Of a stretch of 64,000 bases of DNA, positions 20,985 to 30,008 are shown one piece after another. Source of the DNA: Chloroflexota bacterium (GTDB lineage: Bacteria > Chloroflexota > UBA11872). How positions within the stretch are numbered: position 1 is the first letter of the stretch; the number at the start of each line of letters is the position of its first letter. Under the pieces are notes generated by a model. The model was not told the origin of the DNA, searched no databases, and saw nothing but the letters and a program-made list of their open reading frames with translations. The DNA lies in assembly GCA_022824865.1 (NCBI GenBank), contig JAJDZD010000072.1, positions 70,848 to 134,847 of the forward strand. The letters run 5' to 3'. The position numbers and the translations under genes are program-made.

Positions 20985-21039
20985 CCGGCCCATAGGTCTA
21001 GGTGTATTCCTTGCTCACGACCCTGATCACGGCGCATCC

Positions 21040-21627
21040 GTGTCTCCGACCCCCGAGACGGCATTGCGACTGATGTCTGGCCGGGACGAGGCGATGGCCT
21101 CATCGGTTGGTGGCACAGTGGAGCGATGCGCGACCTGGCGAATAGCGGTCACGGCATTGGTAGGTGTCGTCGGCTGCGTGTCGGGCCTCGCGTGGCGACA
21201 TGCGCGGCTGGGCGGACTGGACTTGCTCGATAGTCGGGGCTGGTACACGCCCGCAGACGCGGCGGCCCTGTTCGACGCTCTCGACCGGCTCGACGCGAGC
21301 GCAAGAGTCGTCTATGCAACGACCGCGCTCACCATCGATATGGTCTTTCCGGCCTCCTACGGCCTGCTATTCGCAATCCTGCTGTACCGGCTGTTTCAAG
21401 GCGGCGCGCCGCTATATCTGCTGCCGTTGGCGCTTGCTTCGGCGGATGCGCTGGAGAACGTCACCGTCGCGGCGCTGGCGCTAAGCCATGACGGTCCACC
21501 GTCTCAGCTGGCATGGCTGGCCGCCGTGTTCACCGCGGTCAAGACTGTGCTGATTGTGGCGACGCTGGCTGTGATATGCGTTGGCGGCGTGCGCTGGCTG
21601 TGGACGCGCATACGTCACGTGAGCTGA
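21040..21627 (+). CDS. Hypothetical membrane protein
   Basis: 195-aa ORF with four predicted TM helices. No known motif recognised. Confidence 0.45.
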   Translation: MSPTPETALRLMSGRDEAMASSVGGTVERCATWRIAVTALVGVVGCVSGLAWRHARLGGLDLLDSRGWYTPADAAALFDALDRLDASARVVYATTALTIDMVFPASYGLLFAILLYRLFQGGAPLYLLPLALASADALENVTVAALALSHDGPPSQLAWLAAVFTAVKTVLIVATLAVICVGGVRWLWTRIRHVS

Positions 21628-21969
21628 CCAGGGCCCGTGCCCTTCTTTAGCGGCGCTTCGTACGGATAGCAGCAACCTTTCGCTTTGATTACTCAAGACT
21701 CCGATAGACGTACAGTGCCGCCTCCCACCGATTAGTTCGAAATCCCGTCCTAAGCGCCCCGCCAGTCCAAAGCCAAGAACTTGAAGAGACCGAAACTTTG
21801 GAGTCGCGCCGGGATCAGGTTGGAGACTGACGAACGAGTTAAGCCGAATGATCGCTGACGCAGGTACGGGAAGTGTCGCTTTGAAGGCCAGAAACACTCC
21901 ATGGAGCAACCGTTTCCGGAGACGGCCCGGCACCTTGCCAAACTTTGCCAACCTCATTAACTTTGCATC

Positions 21970-22209
21970 ATGAGCACCATGAACATCTCGCTCCCCCAGG
22001 CCCTCAAGTCTTTTGTGGACCGGCAAGTCACGTCCCGCGGCTACAGCTCGTCGAGCGAATACGTCCGCGAACTGATCCGCAAAGACCAGGATCGTCAGCA
22101 CCTGCGCGGCCTCCTCCTCGAAGGCGCGGCCTCGCCGCCAGCAGGTACCGCCGACACTGCCTACTTCGACCAGCTTCGCGATCGCCTTCGCGAAGCCGGC
22201 CGGCGGTGA
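21970..22209 (+). CDS. parD: ParD-family antitoxin
   Basis: MSTMNISLPQALKSFVDRQVTSRGYSSSSEYVRELIRKDQDRQ is near-identical in pattern to ParD/RHH antitoxins. Confidence 0.8.
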   Translation: MSTMNISLPQALKSFVDRQVTSRGYSSSSEYVRELIRKDQDRQHLRGLLLEGAASPPAGTADTAYFDQLRDRLREAGRR

Positions 22210-22535
22210 CTGAAAAGCCTGTCGAACTTCGCGAACGGGCGCGGCGCGATATCGACGAAGCCGTCGACCACTATCTGACCGACGCTGGGACGTCGATTGC
22301 GCTGGCCTTCATCGACGCGCTGGAAGAAGCGTTCCGCCGAATCGGCCAGCATCCCGCCAGCGGCTCGCCCCGGTACGCACAGGAACTGAGTCTCCCCGGT
22401 CTGCGCTCCCGGATCCTCAGCGGGTTCCCGTATCTGGTCTTCTACGTCGAGCGAGAGGCCGACATCGACGTTTGGAGAGTCCTGCACACGGCGCGCGACG
22501 TCCCCGTCTGGCTGCGGGAACCACCCAACGACTGA
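22206..22535 (+). CDS. parE: ParE/RelE-family toxin
   Basis: GTG start overlaps the parD stop (gtga). Conserved ParE features (AxxDIDEAVDHYL, FPYLVFYVEREADIDVWRVLH). Confidence 0.75.
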   Translation: MTEKPVELRERARRDIDEAVDHYLTDAGTSIALAFIDALEEAFRRIGQHPASGSPRYAQELSLPGLRSRILSGFPYLVFYVEREADIDVWRVLHTARDVPVWLREPPND

Positions 22536-22593
22536 TCATTCCCGACCCACATGGCACCATCCAACCCAATCCACCCCTTCAACCACCTGACCC

Positions 22594-23628
22594 ATGCCCC
22601 CCGACTACGACTGGCAAGCCCTCCACCGCGACGCCCTCGTCATCGACTCCCACAACGACACCATCGTTGGCCTCATCCGTCGTGATGGGCAGAGCATGGC
22701 CGGGCCCGACGCCCCGTCCCGTGACACCCCCGAGAGCCTGATCGGCTACCTGCGCGGACCCGTCGACACCGCTGAAATCCCCATCCAGTCCGACCTCCCC
22801 GCCATGCGCGAAGGCGGCCTGGACTGCGGCTACTTTGCCGTTGACAACACCCGCGCCTGGGGCAACCACCTGGCCTACGTGCTGGATGGATTTGGTTGGT
22901 TTCACGCCGAAATCCAGGCCCATGCGGACCAGATCGCCCTGGCCTTCACCGCCGACGACATCCTGGCCGCCAAGGCCGCCGGCAAAGTCGCCGTCGTCCT
23001 CGCCATTGAGAACTCCGAAGCCCTCGAACGCAGCCTCTACGTCCTGCCCATGCTCTACCAGGTCGGCGTCCGCACCATGACCATCACCCACTCCATCCGC
23101 ACCTACGCCGGCGACGGCGAGCGCGCCCACCGTTCAGGCGGCGGCCTCACCGAATTCGGCCACGACCTCATCGCCTCAATGAACGACCTCGGCATGCTCG
23201 TCGACGTCTCCCACCTCAGCGTCCCCGCCTTCTGGCACGCCATGCGGGCTACCAACGCCCCCGTCATCGCCAGCCACAGCTCCTGCCGCGCCCTCAACGA
23301 ACACGGCCGCAACCTCCACGACGACCAGATGAAAGCCATTGCCGACGGCGGCGGCGTCATCGGTGTCAGTTGCGTCCACCACTTCGTCCACTGGACCAAC
23401 CCCACCCTCGAGCTCTACCTCGACCACGTCGAACACGCCGTCAACGTCGTCGGCATCGACCACGTCGGCTTCGGCTCCGACTTTGACGGCGGCTCATACC
23501 TCCTCGACGACGCCCGCCAGGTCCCCCAGATCACCCGGGGCCTCGCCGCCCGCGGCTGGACCGAACCCCACCTCCGCAAATTCCTCGGCCTCAACCACCT
23601 CCGTGTCTTCCGCGACGTCTGCGGCTGA
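22594..23628 (+). CDS. Membrane dipeptidase (peptidase family M19, renal dipeptidase-like)
   Basis: VIDSHNDT metal-binding start, VDVSHLS, HSSCRAL and GFGSDFDGG motifs typical of M19 dipeptidases. Confidence 0.85.
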   Translation: MPPDYDWQALHRDALVIDSHNDTIVGLIRRDGQSMAGPDAPSRDTPESLIGYLRGPVDTAEIPIQSDLPAMREGGLDCGYFAVDNTRAWGNHLAYVLDGFGWFHAEIQAHADQIALAFTADDILAAKAAGKVAVVLAIENSEALERSLYVLPMLYQVGVRTMTITHSIRTYAGDGERAHRSGGGLTEFGHDLIASMNDLGMLVDVSHLSVPAFWHAMRATNAPVIASHSSCRALNEHGRNLHDDQMKAIADGGGVIGVSCVHHFVHWTNPTLELYLDHVEHAVNVVGIDHVGFGSDFDGGSYLLDDARQVPQITRGLAARGWTEPHLRKFLGLNHLRVFRDVCG

Positions 23629-23783
23629 ACCGACTGCATGTGACGTTGCCGGCGCCGAGCGCTAAGGTTTCGGCTCGGCTGGTTGAGGCGCACATCCGCG
23701 GGCGGTCGGATAAGCGCAGTCACACGTACTCTGGCCGAGCGTCCCTTCTGACTGGGTAGAAGTCTCCCCGGAGGTTCGAGACC

Positions 23784-24572
23784 ATGCGTGTAATCCGTGC
23801 GCTCGTTATCGCGGCTCTGACCGCGATTCTGCTTTCAACACCTGCGCTGGCCCAATGGCCAACCACCTGCGTGTCCCTCAACGACATCGTTGAGAATCAC
23901 CTCGGGAACTACAACAACGTCGGCATCTACCAGCGCGTATTCGGTGATCAGGCCGAACAGGCGTGTCAAAACGACCATCGTGACGATGTTCGCGGTGTGT
24001 TTGCCTGGGCATTCCCCGAAGGCGTTGGACTCGTTGTCCCGGTGCCCGCGCCCGGCGCCACGTCGCCATCCATAACGCCTGCCGAGCTTGAAGCCAAGAT
24101 CGACGGGTTCTTGCACGCCAGCGCGGCGCATACCAACACCGGGAATGAGAGTGTCCAAGAGGCAAATGCGGAGATAATCAGCGCCACCGCGGCTATTCGA
24201 GCCGGCAATGTTGATACTGCGTCAACAGCGGTTTTGCGTGCCGGCGCACACTGGGCTGACGCTGATGACAGCCTCAGAAAGGCGGCTACCGAGATATCCG
24301 CGGCAGCCGCAACGGCGGCGACGGACGATTACGTGGAGACTTCCCGCCTCCTCTACTCGGTCTCGACTTCCCTCTTCGTCGCGGCCGGATTTGCGCGTCA
24401 GATCAGCGATATCAACCTGGAGGTTGCCGAGTTGCTTGCCGCCAGGGACTTCAATCGGGTTGGTCCGCTCCTGGCTGAGAGTCAGAGAATCTCCACGTCG
24501 CTGGCTGAACTCATGGCTGCCGGTGCCGATGAGCTTAGGGCTGCCGGCGTCGCGCTCTCTGAAGGCCGCTAG
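23784..24572 (+). CDS. Secreted hypothetical protein (Sec signal, 4-Cys N-domain, Ala-rich helical C-domain), paralog A
   Basis: Signal peptide MRVIRALVIAALTAILLSTPALA. About 90% identical paralog at 25263-26051. Confidence 0.6.
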   Translation: MRVIRALVIAALTAILLSTPALAQWPTTCVSLNDIVENHLGNYNNVGIYQRVFGDQAEQACQNDHRDDVRGVFAWAFPEGVGLVVPVPAPGATSPSITPAELEAKIDGFLHASAAHTNTGNESVQEANAEIISATAAIRAGNVDTASTAVLRAGAHWADADDSLRKAATEISAAAATAATDDYVETSRLLYSVSTSLFVAAGFARQISDINLEVAELLAARDFNRVGPLLAESQRISTSLAELMAAGADELRAAGVALSEGR

Positions 24573-24687
24573 TCTGTGACCTGCGCCAGGGGCATCCGCC
24601 CCTTGGCGCAGGTCCAACGACTTCAGCACCGCCAGCCTGCTCGCGAGCAGCGCTTGGCGCGCGGCTATCACTTCCGCGCGCCTGCCC

Positions 24688-24800
24688 TCAGTCCCGACTC
24701 ACCCGAATCGCAGCCCTCACGCCCAGCTCCGCCCACGCCCGCTCCGACGTCACCGCCGGCAACCCCTGCATTGCCGCCAGCGTCAAACACGCCCGGTCGC
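24688..24800 (-). pseudogene. Remnant of a VapC PIN-toxin C-terminus (truncated paralog of 26168-26554)
   Basis: Encodes ...GDRACLTLAAMQGLPAVTSERAWAELGVRAAIRVSRD, matching the C-terminal 37 aa of the two intact VapC paralogs. No N-terminal PIN half is present. Confidence 0.5.
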
Positions 24801-24837
24801 CAGGCGCGAGACCTCTGCGCCGATCGAACGCACCCCC

Positions 24838-25107
24838 ATGTCCTCCCCCATGCTCTACCGGGTCGGCGTCCGCACCACGACCATCACCCACGCAGTCCGC
24901 ACCAACGCCGGCGAATTCATCGCCCTCAACTGCGTCAACCACGTCGGCTTCGGCTCCGACTTTGACGGCGGCTCATACCTTCTCGACGACGCCCGCCAGG
25001 TCCCCAAGATCACCCGGGGCCTCGCCGCCCGCGGCTGGCCCGAACCCAACCTCCGCAAATTCCTCGGCCTCAACCACCTCCGCGTCTTCCGCGAAGTCTG
25101 CGGCTAG
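24838..25107 (+). pseudogene. Internally deleted fragment of the M19 dipeptidase gene
   Basis: Encodes MLYRVGVRTTTITHAVRT...HVGFGSDFDGGSYLLDDARQVPKITRGLAARGWPEPNLRKFLGLNHLRVFREVCG, a copy of dipeptidase segments 23050-23100 and 23450-23628 with the middle missing. Confidence 0.6.
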
Positions 25108-25262
25108 CCCGACTACAAGTGACCTAGCCAGCTTCAGACGCTAAGGTTTCGGCTCGGCTGGTTGAGGCGCACATCCGCGGGCGGTCGGATCAGCGCAGTC
25201 ACACGTGCTCTGGCCGAGCGTCCCCGCTGACTGGGCAGAAGTGTCCCGGGAGGTCCGTAACC

Positions 25263-26051
25263 ATGCGTGTAATCCGCGCCCTTTTCATCGCGGCTCTGAC
25301 CGCGATCTTGCTTTCGTCACCTGCGCTGGCCCAATGGCCAACCACCTGCGTGTCACTCAACGACATCGTTGAGAATCACCTCGGGAACCACAACAACGTC
25401 GGCATCTACCAGCGTGTGTTCGGCGATCAGGCCGAACAGGCGTGTCAGAACGACCACCGTGACGATGTTCGCGGTGTCTTTGCCTGGGCATTTCCCGAAG
25501 GCGGTGGACTCGTCGTGCCGGTGCCCGCGACCAGCGCCACGTCGCCATCCATAACGCCTGCCGAGCTTGAAGCAAAGATCGCCGGCTTCTTGCAGGCCGG
25601 CACCGCGCACTTGAATGACGCCAGCGCGAGCATCGGCATGGCCACCCAGGAGATCAACGCCGCCACGGCGGCTACCCAGGCCGGCGACATCAATGCGGCC
25701 ACAAGTGCCATCCGGCGCTCAAGCGCACACTGGGCTGACGTCGACAACAGTCTGAGAGCCTCGGCCATCGAGACGACGAAGGCCGCAGCCGCGGCGGCGG
25801 CGGACAACTTCCCGGAAACGTCCCGACTCCTCTACTCAACCTCAACCACCGTTTTCATCGCGGCCGGAAAAGCACGCCAAATCAGCGACAACAGCTTGGT
25901 AATAGCCGATGAGTTTGCGGACATCAACTCTGAACGGGTCGCTCCGCTCCTGGCCGAGAACCAGAGCCTGTCAATGTCGCTGGCTGACCTCATGGCGGCC
26001 GGCGCCGATGAGAGTCTTCAAGTCGCAGCCGCTCTGGCGGCTGGCCGCTAG
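25263..26051 (+). CDS. Secreted hypothetical protein, paralog B
   Basis: Same signal peptide and domain layout as 23784-24572. The upstream 150 bp is also duplicated. Confidence 0.6.
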   Translation: MRVIRALFIAALTAILLSSPALAQWPTTCVSLNDIVENHLGNHNNVGIYQRVFGDQAEQACQNDHRDDVRGVFAWAFPEGGGLVVPVPATSATSPSITPAELEAKIAGFLQAGTAHLNDASASIGMATQEINAATAATQAGDINAATSAIRRSSAHWADVDNSLRASAIETTKAAAAAAADNFPETSRLLYSTSTTVFIAAGKARQISDNSLVIADEFADINSERVAPLLAENQSLSMSLADLMAAGADESLQVAAALAAGR

Positions 26052-26167
26052 TTCCGGGTCGGCGCCAGGGGACATGCTTCCTTGGCGCCGGCCGGCGGCT
26101 CGTGGATCCGGCGCATCCGTTTGCCCCGGGAGTCGGTTGCACGCCTGGTCCCACCGCGCACCGCCCC

Positions 26168-26554
26168 TCAGTCCCGAATCACCCGCACCTCAACCCCAAC
26201 CTCCAACCCTGCCCACGCCCGATCCGCCGTCACCGCCGGCAGCCCCCGCACTGCCGCCAACTGCAAACACGCCCGATCACCCAGCGAAAGACCTCGGTGC
26301 CTGGTCGGATTCCGTAGCCGACCCGACGCAATTGCCTGGTTCTCGTCAAAGGCAACGACTTCGAGTTCAAGCATCGCCAGGGCGTAGTGCCACTCCGCCG
26401 CGTTCAAGCCCTCATCGGAAAGCCTGGAAACGACCTCTGCGACATTGACCGACGAAGCCACGGCGTCGCCTCGGTATCCCGCCACCACGTCGGCCCCGCG
26501 TTCGCCACGGAAAAGAGCCAACATCGCCGAGGCGTCCAGGACGGCTCGGCTCAC
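26168..26554 (-). CDS. vapC: PIN-domain toxin VapC
   Basis: MSRAVLDASAMLALFRGE (PIN beta1 D) ...LSLGDRACLQLAAVRGLPAVTADRAW. Stop overlaps the upstream antitoxin by 4 nt. Confidence 0.75.
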   Translation of the reverse strand: MSRAVLDASAMLALFRGERGADVVAGYRGDAVASSVNVAEVVSRLSDEGLNAAEWHYALAMLELEVVAFDENQAIASGRLRNPTRHRGLSLGDRACLQLAAVRGLPAVTADRAWAGLEVGVEVRVIRD

Positions 26555-27126
26555 GTGGGCTCCGTCGTCACAGCCTTGGCCCGCCTCGCCTTGATCTCGG
26601 CAATTTCGGCCTCCTCGGCCGCAGCTTCCCGACGTCGCTCGGCAATCAGTTCATCCACCAGGCTCACACCCTCCGGCACGTAGCTGGCAATCATCTGCTG
26701 AACGCGCTTGAACTCCTTCTCGTCATTCACCACCCGCAACTCGTCCCCATCCATCTGCATCACGATGTAATCGCCCTCTTCGACCTCCAGCGCCTTTCGA
26801 TACGCCGCCGGAATCACCACCCGCCCTCCCGGCCCAATCGCCGTTCGCACCAGCACCGGCAGCGAGTCCCCGGCCTCGCCGTCCGCAGCCGGCATCGTCC
26901 GGCTTAACTGGGTCTCCATAAACCCGCTCTGCACCAGCACATTCCGCACATGCTGATAGCGGATACCCAGGAACCCCGCGATCTCCGACCGGCTATATCC
27001 CGCCCGGAACAGCGCCCGAATCTTGTCGGCCTTCGTCGTCAGCCCCGCCACCACCTCATCCGCCGGCTCCCGACAGCACGCACACACACAGCACTCGTCA
27101 TCACAGCAGCAGTCACAACACGCCAT
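26551..27126 (-). CDS. Antitoxin with Cys-rich N-terminal tag, HTH domain and SpoVT/AbrB swapped-hairpin domain
   Basis: Start ATG 27126 has a strong AAGGAGAG RBS. N-terminus is MACCDCCCDDECCVCACC. HTH segment KIRALFRAGYSRSEIAGFLGIRYQHVRNVL. AbrB/MazE-like GRVVIPAAYRKALEVEEGDYIVMQMDGDELRV. Acidic C-terminal tail. Confidence 0.65.
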   Translation of the reverse strand: MACCDCCCDDECCVCACCREPADEVVAGLTTKADKIRALFRAGYSRSEIAGFLGIRYQHVRNVLVQSGFMETQLSRTMPAADGEAGDSLPVLVRTAIGPGGRVVIPAAYRKALEVEEGDYIVMQMDGDELRVVNDEKEFKRVQQMIASYVPEGVSLVDELIAERRREAAAEEAEIAEIKARRAKAVTTEPT

Positions 27127-27231
27127 TAGGTCTCTCCTTCGACCGCCGTGCAATCCACGCGCAGTATGTCCGAATATGGCAAACAAACCAGTCTTTGCCA
27201 AGTGATAGGTTTATATTTTTCGGCTACTGCC

Positions 27232-27618
27232 TCAGTCCCGAATCAACCTCACTTCCACTCCCAGCTCCAACTCCGCCCACGCCCGATCCGCCGTCACCGC
27301 CGGCAACCCCCGCTGCGCCGCCAGCTGCAAGCAAGCTCGGTCAGCGAGCGAGAGACCGAGGTGACGGGTCGCGAGGCGAATTTCGGTGGTGGCTAGTGCC
27401 AGCTCTCTGTCAAGAGGCACGATGTCCAGCGACATACGAACGATGTACTGCCTTACTTCGGTCCTGGACAGACCAAGATCAACTAGCCGGGCCCCGACCT
27501 CGGCGACATTGACCGCCGAGGCCAGAGAACTGCCCAAATATCCGACAACAACCTCCCCGCCGGGCTCGCCTCGCAAAAAAGCCAGCATCGCCGAGGCGTC
27601 CAATACGGCCCGGCTCAC
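27232..27618 (-). CDS. vapC: PIN-domain toxin VapC, paralog
   Basis: About 70% identical to 26168-26554 (MSRAVLDASAMLAFLRGE...). 4-nt overlap with its antitoxin. Confidence 0.75.
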   Translation of the reverse strand: MSRAVLDASAMLAFLRGEPGGEVVVGYLGSSLASAVNVAEVGARLVDLGLSRTEVRQYIVRMSLDIVPLDRELALATTEIRLATRHLGLSLADRACLQLAAQRGLPAVTADRAWAELELGVEVRLIRD

Positions 27619-28232
27619 AAAGCGTCTTCGGCCGCGGCTTCGCGTCGGCGATCGCGAATCAATTCGTCGACCAGGCTCACCCCCTCGGGCACATATCGAG
27701 CGAGCCTCTCCCGAATCCGAAGGGTCTCGGTATCGAAGTTCACCAACCGCAACTCCTCACCCTCGATTCGCATGCTCACGGCGTCGCCCACCTCCAGGCC
27801 TAGCGCCTCACGAAACGCTAACGGGATGACCACCCGTCCGCCGGGGCCTACGACGCCTCGGACCGGATCCATCAGCGGATCCGCGTCCGGAAAGATGCCG
27901 ACCCCTCTGCGCTCTTCGCTGGCAATGCCCTGCCGATCTTTGGGCTGGGCCCGAGCGATCTGACAGATCGTTTCGAGCTTCCGAAGATCCGGCTCACGAG
28001 CAACTCGCCACTGATAGCGGGTGTATTTCTGTCGGTCGGATTCGACATAGGTTCGCAGTAGGCGGCGCAAAGCGTTCGTTCGGCCCCTGTGGCTCTGGTC
28101 CGGCCAAAGCGCTGCGGCTAACTCCTTCGGCGTTATGACTCCATCCGATCTGGCGATTGCGCGGAAGTCGATGCCAGTGTCAGCCGCTGTGGTCGGCGGC
28201 CGGCGGTAGGTGTATCCATGAGTCGCCACCAT
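27615..28232 (-). CDS. AbrB/SpoVT-domain antitoxin, paralog without the Cys-rich tag
   Basis: Start ATG 28232 with a GAAGGAG RBS. GRVVIPLAFREALGLEVGDAVSMRIEGEELRLV swapped-hairpin domain. C-terminal YVPEGVSLVDELIRDRRREAAAE is shared with 26551-27126. Confidence 0.65.
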   Translation of the reverse strand: MVATHGYTYRRPPTTAADTGIDFRAIARSDGVITPKELAAALWPDQSHRGRTNALRRLLRTYVESDRQKYTRYQWRVAREPDLRKLETICQIARAQPKDRQGIASEERRGVGIFPDADPLMDPVRGVVGPGGRVVIPLAFREALGLEVGDAVSMRIEGEELRLVNFDTETLRIRERLARYVPEGVSLVDELIRDRRREAAAEDAL

Positions 28233-28420
28233 GTAGCTCCTTCCCCTGGCGAAGAGCATCTTGAACCTTTCCGAATAATCTTAGAAAAGATTCCAGTTTT
28301 TGGCAAGATCATGACAACTCGTGAATCTTTCGGGCCGACGTTGAGTTCCAGCGGCCAATCCTCCCTTCATTTCCTCGGCGACTACACTGTCCTCCCTACC
28401 CCCATGCCGAGGCCCCACCC

Positions 28421-29305
28421 ATGCAACGCCGCAAACTCGGCCGCATAGACCACCACAGTTCCGTCGTCACCCTCGGCGCCGCCGGCCTTGGCCGCCAGGA
28501 CCTTCCCCAGGCCGTGGTCGACACGGCCGTCCAGCAATCCCTCGCCGCCGGCGTCAACCACCTGGATATCGCCCCCACCTACGGCAACGCCATGGAACAC
28601 ATGGCCCCCTGGATGCCCCGCCTGCTGGACGAAGGCTGGTTCATCGGCGCCAAAACCCGCGGCCGCACCCGTGAGGAAGCCTGGGACAACATCCGCTCCT
28701 GCCAGCAACGCCTCGGAGTCGAGACCTTCGACCTCTTCCAGCTCCACTCCGTCGTCGATTTCGACGACCTCGACCAGGTCACCCAACCCGGCGGCGCCAT
28801 CGAAGCCCTCGTCGAAATGCGTGACCAGGGCCTCACCCGCTACATCGGCATCACCGGCCACGGCCCCCTCGCCCCCGCCGTGCAGCTTCAGGCCCTCAAC
28901 CGCTTCGACTTCGACACCGTCATGTTCCCCCTCGCCGCCGCCATCTACCTCAACCCCGACTACTGCCGCGACGCCCAGGCCCTGCTGGCGGCCTGCCGGG
29001 AACGCAACGTCGGCGTCCAGACCATCAAAATGCTCGCCCGCGGCGGCTGGGGCGATGGCCCCCAGGAACTCAGCTGCTGGTACGACCCCCATCGCGAGCA
29101 GCCCCAGATCGACCAGGCCCTCTGGTGGGTCCTTTCCCAGCCCGTCCACACCGCCCCTTCCACCGGCGAAACCACCCTCCTCCCCCGCATCTTCGACGCG
29201 GCAAGACGCTTCCGCCCCCTCACCCCCGCCCAACAAACCGCCGCCCTCGCCGCCCAACACCCCCCACGCCCCGAACCCCGCCTCGCCATCCCCGCCGTCG
29301 CCTAG
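28421..29305 (+). CDS. Aldo/keto reductase
   Basis: AKR fold motifs (LDIAPTYGN, FDLFQLHSV, GITGHG). Confidence 0.8.
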   Translation: MQRRKLGRIDHHSSVVTLGAAGLGRQDLPQAVVDTAVQQSLAAGVNHLDIAPTYGNAMEHMAPWMPRLLDEGWFIGAKTRGRTREEAWDNIRSCQQRLGVETFDLFQLHSVVDFDDLDQVTQPGGAIEALVEMRDQGLTRYIGITGHGPLAPAVQLQALNRFDFDTVMFPLAAAIYLNPDYCRDAQALLAACRERNVGVQTIKMLARGGWGDGPQELSCWYDPHREQPQIDQALWWVLSQPVHTAPSTGETTLLPRIFDAARRFRPLTPAQQTAALAAQHPPRPEPRLAIPAVA

Positions 29306-29359
29306 CTCGAGACGCGGCGAGCGGCGTGCAGCTACGCGTGTCGGTCTGGTGCCAGCTGT

Positions 29360-29656
29360 CTACGAACCGGCCGCTTGCCGTTCAGCTTGCTCCACGTGCG
29401 AACGCAGCGCCCGGTTGATGTCCGTCTGATACCCGCGACCGTCCGGAGCCTGCTGCTTGAACCACGCCACCACGTCCGCGTCCAGCCGCAGCGTGATCTG
29501 CTGTTTCACCGGCCGGTAGAACAGCCCGCGCTTGGCGCCGGACCAGTCCAGCGTCTCGGGGATGTCCGACGTGTCGATCTGGTCGTCCGGCAACGCCTCA
29601 AGCGCGTCAAGCTCCGCTCGCTGGGCCGCTGTCAGATCAGAAGTGTCCTTCTGCAT
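29360..29656 (-). CDS. brnA: BrnA antitoxin
   Basis: Start ATG 29656 (MQKDTSDL...). YRPVKQQITLRLDADVVAWFK is the BrnA CopG-like signature. Overlaps brnT. Confidence 0.7.
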   Translation of the reverse strand: MQKDTSDLTAAQRAELDALEALPDDQIDTSDIPETLDWSGAKRGLFYRPVKQQITLRLDADVVAWFKQQAPDGRGYQTDINRALRSHVEQAERQAAGS

Positions 29657-29939
29657 AAGCCATCCTTTCGTGAGCCGTGGCCTTCCGTGCGCTGATGATC
29701 CGGCCCACATCGTCACCGGTCGGCCAGTCGTCCTCGGGCCATGTGTGAACGATCAGCACAATCGCCGCACCCACGGTCCCAATCGTTCGCAAGCGATGTT
29801 CACCTTCATACGGGTCACTCCGCGTCATGGCCATGGGATCATCGAAGACACGCGCCGCAGTCTGGAAACTCAGCCCGTGCTTCAGTCGATTGGCTCGATC
29901 CTTCTCCCGATCCCATGTCCAGCGAAGTCGCCCGACCAT
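29637..29939 (-). CDS. brnT: BrnT toxin (DUF497 ribonuclease)
   Basis: WTWDREKDRANRLKHGLSFQTAARVFDDPMAMTRSDP...RIISARKATAHER matches the BrnT family closely. Confidence 0.8.
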   Translation of the reverse strand: MVGRLRWTWDREKDRANRLKHGLSFQTAARVFDDPMAMTRSDPYEGEHRLRTIGTVGAAIVLIVHTWPEDDWPTGDDVGRIISARKATAHERMAYAEGHF

Positions 29940-30008
29940 GCGTAACTACACTATTGTAGTTACAGAGGCCGAGGCATGCAACCGCGCTAAACGACTCGGA
30001 ATCAGTGG

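Noticed and set aside
23770-23790. GGTTCGAGACC T-loop-like sequence suggesting a tRNA
   Set aside because: No acceptor or anticodon stems can be drawn. The sequence is the RBS region of the secreted-protein gene and is duplicated (with changes) in the paralog upstream region.
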